DNA of 63,513 nt, filler included, from Welwitschia mirabilis (GCA_051453625.1; 6 parts of one record of this genome joined end to end with filler, not necessarily neighbours in it); one strand, 5' to 3'. Shown: positions 35,586-49,200, counted from the first letter of the whole stretch. Numbers and translations are program-made. The notes: a model not told the origin generated them from the sequence alone.

Positions 35586-36100
35586 TGTTACGAAATTACA
35601 CAATAGCAAAGTGATAAAGGAAAGTAGCAAGAGAACACAGAGACACAACGATTTATGTGGAAAACCCCAATAAGGGAAAAAACCACAAGAAAGCAATGCA
35701 AAGCTCTATTATCTTCTTCAAATCTTACAAGTTAGGAACAGGCTTCAAGCAAGAATGCCTTACAAAACTCTCTCATCTCTCTATCAAACAACCCTCACAT
35801 GTGATGGACCTAGGTGATATTCACCCATCATGGGTTGGAGAAGGCGATGGAGATGATGATGCTCCTCATGATGATGATACACCTATTGATACTCCTCATG
35901 CTGGTACTCCTTCTGATGATGATAGTAGAGATCATAGGCATTGCAAGTCATGCCTCTTTTGGTTCGGAGCATAATGATAATGATAAGCCTTCGTTTAGCA
36001 TGGACGAGGTGGGCATGCCTTAAATAGAGGCTAATCCACTATCTGCATGACCTTTACACCCTTCTAATGTGTATCGACCATCAAGGAAACTACCAATACA
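35586..36100 (-). repeat. Copia LTR, apparently solo, carrying a GAT-rich insert (about 35800-36000)
   Basis: TGTTACG start on plus, GTGGAAAACCCC..AAAACCAC, CCTTAAATAG TATA; same family as 32095-32308. Right boundary approximate. Confidence 0.55.
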
Positions 36101-36690
36101 CAGGAAGACAAGGAAGGGTTCTTCTAAGAACTCTTAGGACATTACTAGATGTTGAAAATTGAAACTTTTGTTTGATGTTGGTTTTATACTAAACATTTGG
36201 ATGATTGGATTATGGTTTCATGTCTCATTCTATGCATGAATAATATATCATGCACTGTTTTGTTCTATTGTTTCAATGTTTCCATTAGTTTAACACATGT
36301 TTTAGATGTATAACATGTTCAAATTCTAAATTAGTCATTCATATCATCATATGTCAATTATGGTTTCAAATTTTTAATTGTATGCTTCCAAATTCGATTG
36401 GTAAGAGTCTCAATGCATCTAAAACATGTTCATTTAGAACTGATCATATTAGTAAAGGGTTACATGTGTCCAAAGCATATTTACTAATGTCTTACACTAT
36501 TGAAATTAAAGAAAAATAATTTTTTAATGCTTTTTTAATGCTGACCTTTTTGCCAACTAGTCTCCTGCTCAACGACCTGACTCTTTTTTTNNNNNNNNNN
36601 NNNNNNNNNNNNNNNNNNNNNNNNNNNNNNNNNNTTAATTAATTAANNNNNNNNNNNNNNNNNNNNNNNNNNNNNNNNNNNNNNNNNNNN

Positions 36691-36890
36691 TTAAGGTGTT
36701 TGAATAGAAACACCTTAAAATGTCTTTTAAGACGTTTTCTTAAGAAGCACCTTAAAAGGCATTTGAGGTGTTTTTTTCAAATGAATTCTGTAAAATCCTT
36801 TTGAGACATTTTTTCAAACAAATGCCTTAAAATCCTTTTGAGGCGTTTCATTGAATAAACGCCTTAAAATCCTTCTGAGACGGTACAAAA
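36691..36890. repeat. ~38-bp palindromic tandem array resembling CACTA subterminal repeats
   Basis: About five units of TTRAGGYGTTT-n-AAACRCCTTAAAA. The CACTA terminus itself is not visible (array abuts a linker). Confidence 0.65.
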
Positions 36891-37190
36891 AAAATACATG
36901 ATTTATGCACTAATTACAATGATTTATGTACACCTCATTCTTTCTCTCAACTAGAGATTTGCCTACATCTAAGTGTCAGGAGTTCATTATAAGGGATAGG
37001 ATAGTAGAAATCATCAGTTAATCTCTACACAAAGATTCAAAGGGGGCATCAAGCACTTGATAGGTCATGCCTTCCTAAATGAGTAGGCAAAATTCTACTA
37101 ATAATCCAACAGAGATTTTTAATTACTTTATATCATTTTGTCATGTCTCCTTTAATTACATACACGCTATTTCCTCCCCATGCCACTATC

Positions 37191-38366
37191 TTACCTAGAA
37201 TTGACATAATTTTCAACTGCAAAAAGGGTTTAACATAGAGATGTAAATATTGATGTAGCAAAAAACCAAATATGCACACACAGAAAAACACACACACACA
37301 TACACACATACTAAACATGACAACCCTAGAGTGCGATTGTCACTTCTACACTTAGATTAGTTAATTACCAATGTTCCAACTAAATTATTAGTTTCTAGGG
37401 ATAGATCATGTTAATTAGAAGTGATAATTTAAGTTCAAAGTAGTTGGTTATTTTATTATTATCAGGGCTTTTTTTATCATTATTATTATCATGCAATGCT
37501 ATTTAACCAAAAAATATTGTAAGTGAAGGAGGGTAGACAAAGGTTTACAGATTGGCGTTTCAGTTCTCCACGTCCCGTAGTTAATCCATCAAGGATCTTT
37601 GCGTCTGATATTTCATCTGGCAAGCTTGCTGCATTGCTAACCTTGCCGCTGTACCTCCTACTCAATCGGCGAGAGTCCGATTCCTGAATGGTGACATCTT
37701 GTAAGTGATTCAGTCTTAGATACAGAATTATTGAGTATAGAAGTCTACAAGAATTATGCTACATGAACTATTCTTATCTGTACCAATTCTTCTTGTGGTA
37801 CGGTAGGAGCCTCTTTGTATTCAGCAGCATCAGGTTCCCACAAGTGCTGGGAACTGAAGAATCTTGGAAGCAAATATTGTCTTATAGGAATCAGCAGCAT
37901 AAGCAGAAGAGGGAAAAGCACTCCGGCTATCCGAATCCAGGTGATTCCATAACAGAGCAGCAAGTAAGCCACTTGCAGNNNNNNNNNNNNNNNNNNNNNN
38001 NNNNNNNNNNNNNNNNNNNNNNNNNNNNNNNNNNNNNNNNNNNNNNNNNNNNNNNNNNNNNNNNNNNNNNNNNNNNNNTTACCTAGAATTGACGTGATTT
38101 TCAACTGCAAAAAGGGTTTAACATAGAGATGTAAATATTGATGTAGCAAAAAACCAAATCCACACACACACACACACAAAACATAACAACCCTAGAGTGC
38201 GATTGTCACTTCTACACTTAGATTAGTTAATTACCAATGTTCCAACTAAATTGTTAGTTTTTAGGTATAGATCATGTTAATTAGAAGTGATAATTTAAGT
38301 TCACAGTAGTTGGTTATTTTATTATTATCAGGGCTTTTCTTTATCAATATTATTACCATGCAATGT
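37191..38366. repeat. ~300-bp direct repeat (37191-37496 and 38079-38366) bracketing the BOR exons
   Basis: TTACCTAGAATTGAC...CATGCAATG in both copies, with SNPs and a (CA)n length difference. Confidence 0.85.
37549..37978 (-). pseudogene. BOR: Boron transporter (BOR, SLC4/HCO3- cotransporter family) C-terminal exons; partial gene or captured fragment
   Basis: 37978-37784: [58 protein letters not shown]; 100-bp GT-AG phase-0 intron 37783-37684; next exon has ISDAKILDGLTTGRGELK (BOR DAEILDELTTSRGELK). Upstream part lost in an N gap. Confidence 0.85.
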
Positions 38367-38569
38367 CTTGAGGGATATAGATATAAGAGAGGCCAAGTAA
38401 CAAACCAACAAACCCTAAATAACTCCTAATTACCATAATCTCTTTTTTGAACATTTACAAATTTAATTTAATAATAAAAACCGGAAGGTGATTTTATAGC
38501 CTAACGATCTTTTAGATGAAGTCAGCATCAAAAGATAACAAATAAAGGAATAAAATGGAATTTAGCTTC

Positions 38570-38830
38570 ACAAAACAAGTGTAAGTCTATAAAAGAAAGG
38601 CTTGTGTTAAAGGAATGGTATGCCTTTGCTGGGGAAGTGATTCTGCACCGTGCTGTAAGCTATTAAGGACGATTTATATCCTTGTCTTGTTATCTATAAC
38701 AAATGCTCTACACTGTTTCAAAGATAATAGGGCAGAAAGGGTTAAAACCTCATTTAAACTTGTGTATTCTTGCTTGTTGTCCACTTTTCTTCTTTGCTGT
38801 TCTATTCCTGCTAAGGCTGCATTTTCATAA
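38570..38830 (+). repeat. Degenerate copia-type LTR fragment
   Basis: CTATAAAAG TATA; similar to 10030-10260 and 28640-28850. Confidence 0.5.
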
Positions 38831-40767
38831 TGCTTTTCTGTTCTCGTCCTTCAGCAATTACCAAGACTTTTACAATAAAATTCACACTCTGAAGATTCAG
38901 CATTATCCTATACAATACAGCCTAAATGGTACTTCAGTCAAGTATACACAAAAGAAGGAAGACTGCAGGCTATATAAAAAATTCACAATTGATGCACATG
39001 AAAACTATCAATAATTGATAGAAAATAACCACACAAAAAAGGAAAAAAAACAATTGCCCCCATGCACTACACATAACTATCTCTTTTCCTAGTAAGGATT
39101 TTTTCCTATTACCAAGAGTTTATAGATCTCAGCAGGCTGTTTCAGCTTGAATCAAACAGACAAAAGGCACGTGCAAGCTGTGAAAGGGAATGAGAAAAGG
39201 AAACATATCTTCACAAACCTTAGTTACCCAGTGGACTTCCTCCAGTAAAGGCCTATCTCTTCAAACATCAACTCTGACCATGATTTGATCATTATTCAGA
39301 GGGTAATGATCAATGAAGTCTTTGTCACAGTGCACATGAGGCTCCATGGATTAACAGTGTAAGGCAATATATGATAAATCAAAGAAAATCGGAGCACCTT
39401 TACACATGACATTTGGGCTTTCCACAGTTTAATTGGTCTTAAATTAATTGTTGCAGAAACATCAATGAGTCTATGATCCATCTGAAACCAATGCATATCC
39501 AATAAAGAAAAGTCAAATAGCTCAGCTCAAATCAAGTAGCAACAGTAGTGTCTTGGGTTTTCATCAAGATACTTTCTGCTCTATGTGACATACCAACTAT
39601 AGCTAGGGAAACAAGTAAAGAACAGATTCCCCAACATGGGGTCAGTGACATTAAGTATTGAAACAAAAGTGGTTGTCATGCCCCAACGTTTATTGCAGAT
39701 TGCTCAAATAGGATGCAGAATGTATCATTAGGACTGTCATTTCCAACTGCATAGTGATCAATTAAAGCCCAACACCTGCTACAGTCTATTCAGGCTGAAC
39801 AAAGGATTCAGAATGCCAGAACTACTTGGTATACATTCATGTTATACATTGAGGTTGGCACAGGGAATCATTCCCTGGTATCAGTTTTCACATAAGTTAC
39901 AAAAATAATAAGAAACAATATTCTAAATATTGTTATCATGTAGTTCGTCTATGAAACAAATAAATACATGAATCTTACATATTAATGCAATTGAGTGATT
40001 CTTTTCACGTTCCTTAATATAGAAAACAGCTGTGAACAAAACTAGGATTGTACAGCCTAATTAGCACTTTTGATTAATTAAGCATACAAAACTTGCATTC
40101 ATTGTTTATAGTCGGCAATTTGGGGAGCTATATTGTAAGACACCTTAACCAACTTGTTGGATTGCCCTTAGTCATAAAACTTGTTTGATTAGTGTTCAGA
40201 GTTGTTTAAACGAACATAAAATTCCAAACAAAATGCCTTTACAAATATATGTTTACAAACAAATAAGACGTAAAAAAACCAATAGCTTACAAAAATGAAA
40301 CACTCCATACATCCTAGCATTGAATAAAAAAAATGGCAAAAGCTTTACAATGCCCCTAAGATTTCCAAAGAAGTAGGCCTTGAGAAAGTTAACATTATCC
40401 AAAAAGAAGTCAGCCAAACAATCACATGAGAGAACAAAGAAGTTTAGTGGGTAAAATTATGTAGAAACCTAGTTGAGTTGTATATGAACATTATGGATGC
40501 TTCTACGTTTTGGAAGGTATTTCCTAAGCATAAAACAGGGCCCAAAGTTTGGGACATTACAAGTCAGAAGAGGTGATGTTCGCTATTTTGCTAATTTGTT
40601 GGTGCACCAAAAATGGAGTCATATTACATTTGGATTCAACTCTTTAAACCAAGCAAAGATCAATGTTGCCACAAAATATCAGACTTTATGTGCAACAACA
40701 GCAAAAGCCATAAAGCCTGAAACAATGAAACAACAAAACAAAAAGCCACGAGATGCATAGATTTATA

Positions 40768-41049
40768 TGCTAATACCCTCAAAAGCAGAGCAAACATTCT
40801 ACAAGAGAAAGTAGAGCTCTCTCACCAATCATGCAAATGAACTTCTTGTGATACAATGTGCAAGAATATAAGCTCTTTACATAGGGTTAGGTTTTTAACG
40901 CAAGTCAAGCTTGAAAACCCTAAATCTCAGCCTCCATATACTCACGTGTCTTGCTTTATATTTTAACATTTAATTACAACATATAAATGGACTACTAAAG
41001 GGCTTACCTTGCTTTTGAATGTTACAGAAATGTAACAACTCTAATACAA
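40768..41049 (-). repeat. Probable short solo LTR
   Basis: TGCTAATACCCT...CTCTAATACA near-inverted termini; internal TAGGGTT/AACCCTA and TATA-like sequence. Confidence 0.4.
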
Positions 41050-43847
41050 GATTTGGTTTTAAACTATGACAAAGGTAGCAATACCTCTGTAGCCTCCTTT
41101 TGCATTAAGATGCCATCGAAGTATGGAACTATCANNNNNNNNNNNNNNNNNNNNNNNNNNNNNNNNNNNNNNNNNNNNNNNNNNNNNNNNNNNNNNNNNN
41201 NNNNNNNNNNNNNNNNNNNNNNNNNNNNNNNNNNAAGGATATAAGCTCTTTACATGGGGTTAGGTTTTTAACGCAAGCCAAGGTTGAAAACCCTAAATCT
41301 CAGCACCATTTACTCACATGTCTTGCTTTATATTTTAACATTTAATTACAACATATAAATGGACTACTAAAGGGCTTACCTTCCTTTTGAAAGTTACAGA
41401 CATGTAACAACTCTAATACAAGGTTTGGCTTTAAACTATGACAAAGGTAGCAATACCTCTGTAGCCTCCTTTTGCATTAAGATGCCATCAAAGTATGGAA
41501 CTGTCACCTTAGCAAACGAAAGTTTCCCCTAATCACATCATTACATAACAGCTTATTTCCAATAGCTATTAAGCAACACTCTTGTTGAGAACTAGGAACA
41601 CAGAAACCAAGGCATTGAATGGTGAATAAAAATTTGGTCAACAGTAGACAAGCAGCAAGCTCAAGTCACAAAAGTGNNNNNNNNNNNNNNNNNNNNNNNN
41701 NNNNNNNNNNNNNNNNNNNNNNNNNNNNNNNNNNNNNNNNNNNNNNNNNNNNNNNNNNNNNNNNNNNNNNNNNNNNTTTAAACTATGACAAAGGTAGCAA
41801 TACCTCTGTAGCCTCCTTTTGCATTAAGATGCCATCGAAGTATGGAACTATCACCTTAGCAAATGAAATTTCCCCTAATCACATCATTACAAAAAGCTCA
41901 TTTCCAATAGCTCTCAAGCAACACTCTTGTTGAGAACTAGGAACACAGAAACCAAGGCATTGAATGTGGTGAATAAAAATTTGGTCAACAGTAGGCAAGC
42001 AGCAAGCTCAAGTCACAAAAGTGGTTCCTCTTGGCTAACAATACAATCAGTAAAAGCATGTCTATGTCATGTATTGGTGGTTGTTCTCACCAAAATAATC
42101 TAGATATAGTTTACTTAACCACCCTCCAGATTCCATGCTCTGGGTGTGGAATCTCTCATCTTCCAAGCCTTGGGCATGGAATTCCNNNNNNNNNNNNNNN
42201 NNNNNNNNNNNNNNNNNNNNNNNNNNNNNNNNNNNNNNNNNNNNNNNNNNNNNNNNNNNNNNNNNNNNNNNNNNNNNNNNNNNNNGTTTACTTAACCACC
42301 CTCCAGATTCCATGCTCTGGGTGTGGAATCTCTCATCTTCCAAGCCTTGGGCATGGAATTCCTCTCCAAGCTCCCCTCATTCCAAGCTAATTCTGCATTC
42401 AATAGTTCACAAGGAAGAAGATTGGGTGAAGAAGACTTTTCTTCATGATCCATAGGCAACTGCCATCTCCAGCTTCACCTCCTTTAGCATCAGACATCAA
42501 ATTAGCTCTAGACTCTAGCTCAACTAAAGATGCCCGTCTTCATTTCATGCCCAAGGTCCCTTTCCTTCACCTCTTATCCTTTCCATCTCTATCCCCTTAA
42601 CCCCTTCCTTCCATTCCCTCTCTCTCCTTCCTCCCTTTCCTCCTTTTCCTCTCCTTTTCTCCCTTCCCTCACTTAACACAACCTACATTCCATGCCCAGG
42701 GAGGCATGGAATCTATCCCTTCAACGTCCTCTGCGTGGATCTAGAGACATCATCTCTCCAATACATACTATCTTCTTCCCCCTTTAGCGAATTTAATGTC
42801 CTCTAGCTTCCATCGCAGCTATCCTCTACTCAGATCCCTCCTTCAGCTGCCTTCTCTTCAGAAACTCAGTTCTCTAGCTGATGTTAAACTATTCCAACTC
42901 CTCTTATCCAACTTCTTCCACCAAGAGCAGGATCATCGGATTCAGATTATCACTTCAAATTTAGAAGAGTTCCAAGGTTGCATCAAATCCTGAGAATGGA
43001 CTACAATGTAGCGAGCCTACCCATCATATTATGCCACAAGGTGAGTACTAGCCTGAGACAAATAAGCCAACCATTATTCTAGTGGAGTGATCCTCTCTAG
43101 CACCCCCAAGGACTAGCCAGAAATCCCATTACTATTTCTTCAGTCTTCCAAGTGCTGCTACATCATCGGATCCCCGCTAACTTAAGGACAAGAAGGAGAT
43201 ACAATCTAGACCCACCATCACATTCCCTTCCTTTCCTCCACATTAATCCCTCTTATTTTCCTTTCCTAAAAGAGGTAGTCTTTCCCTTTCTCTCCCGCTT
43301 CTTTGTCTTTGCATTTGGGAGACCCTCTCTTTATTCTTTCTCTAATTCCTTAGACGTCCTCCAGTCTTGTAAAGCTTATTTGTTAAATTGGAGTCCCCCT
43401 TTCACATGTCAGATAGTGATCTTCCTCTCACAAAAAGATCTCTCTTCTAGACTCCAAGCAAGTTAGCAACCTTACCTCCATCACAAGGAAGACTCCTACA
43501 GNNNNNNNNNNNNNNNNNNNNNNNNNNNNNNNNNNNNNNNNNNNNNNNNNNNNNNNNNNNNNNNNNNNNNNNNNNNNNNNNNNNNNNNNNNNNNNNNNNN
43601 NTTTGCCTTTCCTAAAAGAGGTGGTCTTTTCCTTTCTCTCCTGCTTCTTGGTCTTTGCATTTGGAAGACCCTCTCTTTATTCTCTCTCTAATTCCCTAGA
43701 CATCCTCTAGTCTTGTAAAGCTTATTTCTTAAATTGGAGTTGCCCTTTCACATGTCAGATAGTGATCTTAGTCTCACAAGAAGATCTCTCTTCTAGACTC
43801 CAAGCAAGTTGGCAACCTTACCTTCATCACAAGGAAGACTCCTACAG
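40863..43847. other. Four near-identical duplications each flanking a 100-N gap (likely overlapping contig ends or haplotypes)
   Basis: 40863-41134/41235-41505, 41430-41676/41777-42022, 42108-42185/42286-42362, 43258-43501/43602-43847. Confidence 0.75.
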
Positions 43848-44127
43848 AAAATAAAAAAAGCCTCTCCTATTGAATGAGTTTATTTGCACATCTCTCCGTG
43901 AATACCAATGTCTTCTCTTCCTATCTCCATCATCTCCCTCTCTTCTCGGCTGGGAAAGACACATATATACAATCTCCTCCTCTTGAATAGGGTAGCAATG
44001 TTTTATAGATAGAAATTAATTAAAAAACTTCTATTCCTTTCTCATTGCTTTCTTACTTACTCTCCAGAGGCACAAAAGAGAGTATAAGAAGGATCTTTAT
44101 TCCAAGCAATCTCCTTACACCCCCACA

Positions 44128-44129
<2 letters not shown>

Positions 44130-44167
<38 letters not shown>
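44130..44167. repeat. (CT)n microsatellite at a contig end
   Basis: Direct reading. Confidence 0.95.
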
Positions 44168-45246
44168 NNNNNNNNNNNNNNNNNNNNNNNNNNNNNNNNN
44201 NNNNNNNNNNNTTAATTAATTAANNNNNNNNNNNNNNNNNNNNNNNNNNNNNNNNNNNNNNNNNNNNATACCCAGAGGGAGATCATTGCAAGAACCTAAT
44301 TTCCAGCTGCCCTTTAAAAGAAGTTCAACTGATCTCACCTAGAAAGCAGATGGTGTTGTCCTTCCCATGCCTAGGGAAAGGAATTTACTTTTTCACATAG
44401 CATATTTCTTACACCTAGATTCCATCTTAACATAAATAAATCAAATAGCTACTCATTTCCATCATGGCAATTACACACGGTGAATTTTAGTTTCCATACA
44501 AGCACAATATAATCTTAGCAAATAGACCACTAACTACTGCAAACACATTCTTTATTTTTATTTCACAAGGATGCTCCTACATCAATCTTCCACTTGCAAA
44601 CAAATCTATCTTATTCTCCAAGACAAAATAATGAAAGCCGATGTGGGAACACCCTCATCACTCTGAAAGCTCCTCTCCATTGCGAACAACCACAGAGTAA
44701 AGCAGACAAAAGAACCATTAAGGTGACACCATCATATGAGAAGCATCTCTACATAAAAATGTCCACTAAAACAAAGCCTCCACAAGGTAAGAAACACATA
44801 GGTCATCATCAATTCCATAGCTACAAACACCATCCCACAAATGCCTATGCATGTGGTCTTATAAACTATCAACAAATCAAAGACACATATAAGGCAAAGA
44901 CAATACTAGCACAACTCAATACAGGAATCTATGCCATTTGTTGTTAGCCATGGCCCTAGTAAAACATCCATAACACAGCTTCATAGTATCACCTTTGCTT
45001 GATATTCTAATCCCTAGAAACCCCAAATATATGCTTTCTTTACAAAGCAAACCTCTCCAAAGGAATCAACTTTCCAAGCACCATCATTATATTTGAGCGT
45101 AGGACCATCCTTCTTCATGTCTTCATTCTTACCATAATGGCTAGTATTTTGGCCTCTTTTTTCCCTATTTCTTACTAATGTACAATGCCTCATCATTCAA
45201 TGTATTAGCCTTCTTAGTTACATGTTCAAGGTCTTTAACCGTAACA

Positions 45247-45472
45247 ACACACACAACCTTGTGAAATCCAGCATGCACAATGTATTACTACTTCAAATCA
45301 TCACCGCATTATACTAAGACTCATGTAATGAAGTTAGAAATGTCATAGCTTTGCCATAAAAACACACGCAACCTTCTCAAAATCCAATGGGCACAAGGTA
45401 TTACTACTTAAAATCATCACCAAATTATCCTCAAACTCAAGTAATGGACTTAGAAATGTCATAGTTTTGTCC
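45247..45472. repeat. Diverged two-copy ~114-bp tandem duplication
   Basis: AACACAC.CAACCTT...TATTACTACTT.AAATCATCACC...TTAGAAATGTCATAG twice. Confidence 0.8.
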
Positions 45473-45583
45473 ACACTAGACATATTCACCACAATTATAA
45501 CCATATGAAAGAAAATGGTATTGGAGCACTAAAGATCCACTATCATGTATCCATATGCCTCTAGTTTCAAACCATGCAATATT

Positions 45584-45895
45584 TCATGTTAGAAGCAATG
45601 ATAAGTAACACTCTACTTGAGAGAGCATTTCTAATCTGTAGCACAAACCATGTCTAGAGTTTTCATTATATGCATTTGTGAAAACTAGAAACATCCAAAC
45701 AACATAGAATAATTGTCGTTTACCTATCAATTTTGTTCCATTCATCAATGGTAAATTTATTAGATTCCATATCAGTCCTTCTATAAGCAACTCAAGGTCA
45801 TGTTCATACAAGTGCTCCATCTTGATCTTCCAAAACTCATAAGCATAGTTGTCAAACTTGTCTCTAAGGATAGAGGTCTTGTCCATCATGCACAA
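45584..45895 (-). pseudogene. Copia gag N-terminal fragment
   Basis: DKFDNYAYEFWKIKMEHLYEHDLELLIEG; same family as 11500-11730. Confidence 0.65.
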
Positions 45896-46214
45896 TAGCT
45901 CCCATTAAAATAGGAAGGTATGAAATCCTCACTTTATATATCTCTATGACAAGCCCTACTACAGAATGGGACAACAGGATTTTGCACCCAAAAATGCTGC
46001 CAATCTAGCAAATACTTGAAAAAGAGAAAGCCATAAGCACCTAAAGAACTATACAAATGTCTATTATACAAATGTATGAAATGACTAATAATGTTGATTG
46101 TGTGCTCTTCATGCNNNNNNNNNNNNNNNNNNNNNNNNNNNNNNNNNNNNNNNNNNNNNNNNNNNNNNNNNNNNNNNNNNNNNNNNNNNNNNNNNNNNNN
46201 NNNNNNNNNNNNNN

Positions 46215-49200
46215 TAGAGATCTATTTCAAGCCACAACAAACAAAATGAAGTTGGGTTGATGTATCATTCAAGTTGATGCATGTAGATTTTCACATCCAA
46301 ATCAACATGGAGGAACGTTCTTATGATGCGCAATTATTCCAACTCTAATTCCAAAGCAGCACCAAGCGATATAAACCAACCTGATGGAAAATTTGGTCTT
46401 TGAAAGCATTTTACCCTCAATCTATCTTTCTACCTGTTCTCTCCATTTTTGTCTGTCTTAACTCTAAAGATCTTCTTGTTATGAACCATTTTACACCCTT
46501 TTGAAAGTTCCACAAGTTTCAGAGTTTTGCTTTACTGCAAGAAACTCTATTCCTCTCCCACAAATTTTGCTTTTGCACATGGAGGACTTCTTTCACTATT
46601 TTAGGTTCTCCATTATCCATGTACAATACATAACAAAAGAGCATGAGAATGCCTATCATGATGATGTGCCGCCTTTGCAGAGCATCCTACGCAATGAGAT
46701 GTAGAATCAATGAGTTATTCCTACTACTCAAGAAGTTCACTGATAACTTAAAAAGAGCTTTCTTCAACTTCATCATTCTAACTTTCTACCATAGGGTTTT
46801 GATCAGCGATATGTTCTTCTTCATCTTCTTAGTCCTGACTAATTTCAAAATTGACTTGTAAGACTGATGTAGGAGGCCAACATCAAGTTAATCTAAGTCT
46901 ATATCCTCAGAACCATAGTACAAAACATTCCCTCTAGATCTAGCATCATGAGAACTCACAAATTGTTTGGTTTTAGGATACCATAATCTATAATCAAGAT
47001 TATTTTCCTCATAACCTCAAACTATGAACTACTTAGCTCTATCTAGGAGCTTTATTCTGTTCTCCTTTTGCACATGCATATAAACTTTAAAATTGAAAAA
47101 TTCCAGATGCTTATAAGATACCTCTTTCCCACTCCATGGGATTCGTGGCACTTGACTATTTAATGTGGAATGAGGAGAGATGTTTATCAAATATGCAACT
47201 ATAAGAGGTCATTCAACACAAAATGTTTTGGATAANNNNNNNNNNNNNNNNNNNNNNNNNNNNNNNNNNNNNNNNNNNNNNNNNNNNNNNNNNNNNNNNN
47301 NNNNNNNNNNNNNNNNNNNNNNNNNNNNNNNNNNNNNNNNNNNNNNNNNNNNNNNNNNNNNNNNNNNNNNNNNNNNNNNNNNNNNNNNNNNNNNNNNNNN
47401 NNNNNNNNNNNNNNNNNNNNNNNNNNNNNNNNNNNNNNNNNNNNNNNNNNNNNNNNNNNNNNNNNNNNNNNNNNNNNNNNNNNNNNNNNNNNNNNNNNNN
47501 NNNNNNNNNNNNNNNNNNNNNNNNNNNNNNNNNNNNNNNNNNNNNNNNNNNNNNNNNNNNNNNNNNNNNNNNNNNNNNNNNNNNNNNNNNNNNNNNNNNN
47601 NNNNNNNNNNNNNNNNNNNNNNNNNNNNNNNNNNNNNNNNNNNNNNNNNNNNNNNNNNNNNNNNNNNNNNNNNNNNNNNNNNNNNNNNNNNNNNNNNNNN
47701 NNNNNNNNNNNNNNNNNNNNNNNNNNNNNNNNNNNNNNNNNNNNNNNNNNNNNNNNNNNNNNNNNNNNNNNNNNNNNNNNNNNNNNNNNNNNNNNNNNNN
47801 NNNNNNNNNNNNNNNNNNNNNNNNNNCCTTAATTCAAAGACTTTAAACGCTGCAAAAACTCCATCCTTACATTTCAAAATATCAATCCAAACTTTACATG
47901 TGTAGTCATCATGAAAGTAACAAAGCATGAAGAACCGTCTAGTGAAGAACGATCCAATGGTTACAAATATCAGAATAAAGATGTTCCACTTTACACTTCT
48001 TTTTTGATTTCATGTCTCTATAAAAGTTGACTCTATAAATCTTACCAATCACACAATTCTTATCAGAATCATAGTTATAAGAGCATGCAGGTATTAAAAA
48101 TGAGATTTAGGTACCATCACTCTTGAGTGCTTGATGTGTCACATTCTTGCCATAGATTTGCATCTCCCTCACTTTTGGCAACAACAGAAGCTTTCTTTGT
48201 ACACCTCTGGATCAAGGATGTAAATGTTGCCAATCTTCTTACCAGGTAGTACAATAAGGAAACCCATGTTGTTCTTCCACTTTCCACTACTACCAAAGAA
48301 GTGCATTTCCAAACCATCAAACCACACATTTGAAATCTACCTCTGTTCAAGAGAAAACACATGTTTGATGTTGTGCACTATAATCTCAAGCATTCAAAGC
48401 TACTATAACACAATTTTCTCAATCCACCAACCTTTAAAGGTTCACAATCCTTTGGATATACAATGCTAGATGATATTGGCTAATAGGAAGAGAAATCTAC
48501 TCTATTGGGATAAAATCTAGAAGGATGCAAAAGTGTCAATTAGTCACACATTATCTCATTGTTCCTATAACAATAGCATGCATGGTTCAAAAACCACAAA
48601 TTTCAATCCTTCTTCCCCTTTTGCTTGATTCACCTAGGAAGAGGAAGCCTCTGATCTTCCTTTCTTTCCATCCTTCTCTTTTTGTTTGGCCTCCAAAGCA
48701 TAACAATTCTACTTAAAAGTTACTTTGTAAAGATTCCTAACATGAAAGACACCTGTAGTCTTGCTTCTCCCCTAGCTTTGATCCCGTTTCTTAAACCTAC
48801 CTCTATCATCTACTGCAAATGCACTACTAGAAACATGTATTTTAGATAGTCTCCTTTCTGCATCCTAAAGGTAGATATTTATTACTAAAGATGGTGTTGA
48901 TTCCCATATATGTGATTAGTATCAGTCCCTATTACAACCCATAGTTCCAGAATAGAGTTGAGGACAACATTACACTTCATCATGTCATGAACAGAAACAT
49001 GATATTCCTCATACTTGATAAACACAACCACTATCTCATCTAGATGAAGCCTGCAATGAAATCTCCTCCTTCATCTTTGTATCGAAGACCTTTATCACAC
49101 ATGGAACTGTTTAACCTAGATGCCTTATCAAACATGTTCTTCAACTTTTCCCTTGCCAAAAACAACAAGACAACATTGCTTAGACAAGCNNNNNNNNNAG

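Noticed and set aside
36691..36890. Palindromic array as a CRISPR
   Set aside because: Degenerate units with no unique spacers, eukaryotic context, no cas genes.
42100..44130. Pyrimidine-rich tract as a LINE or gypsy coding remnant
   Set aside because: No diagnostic motif could be read; left unassigned.
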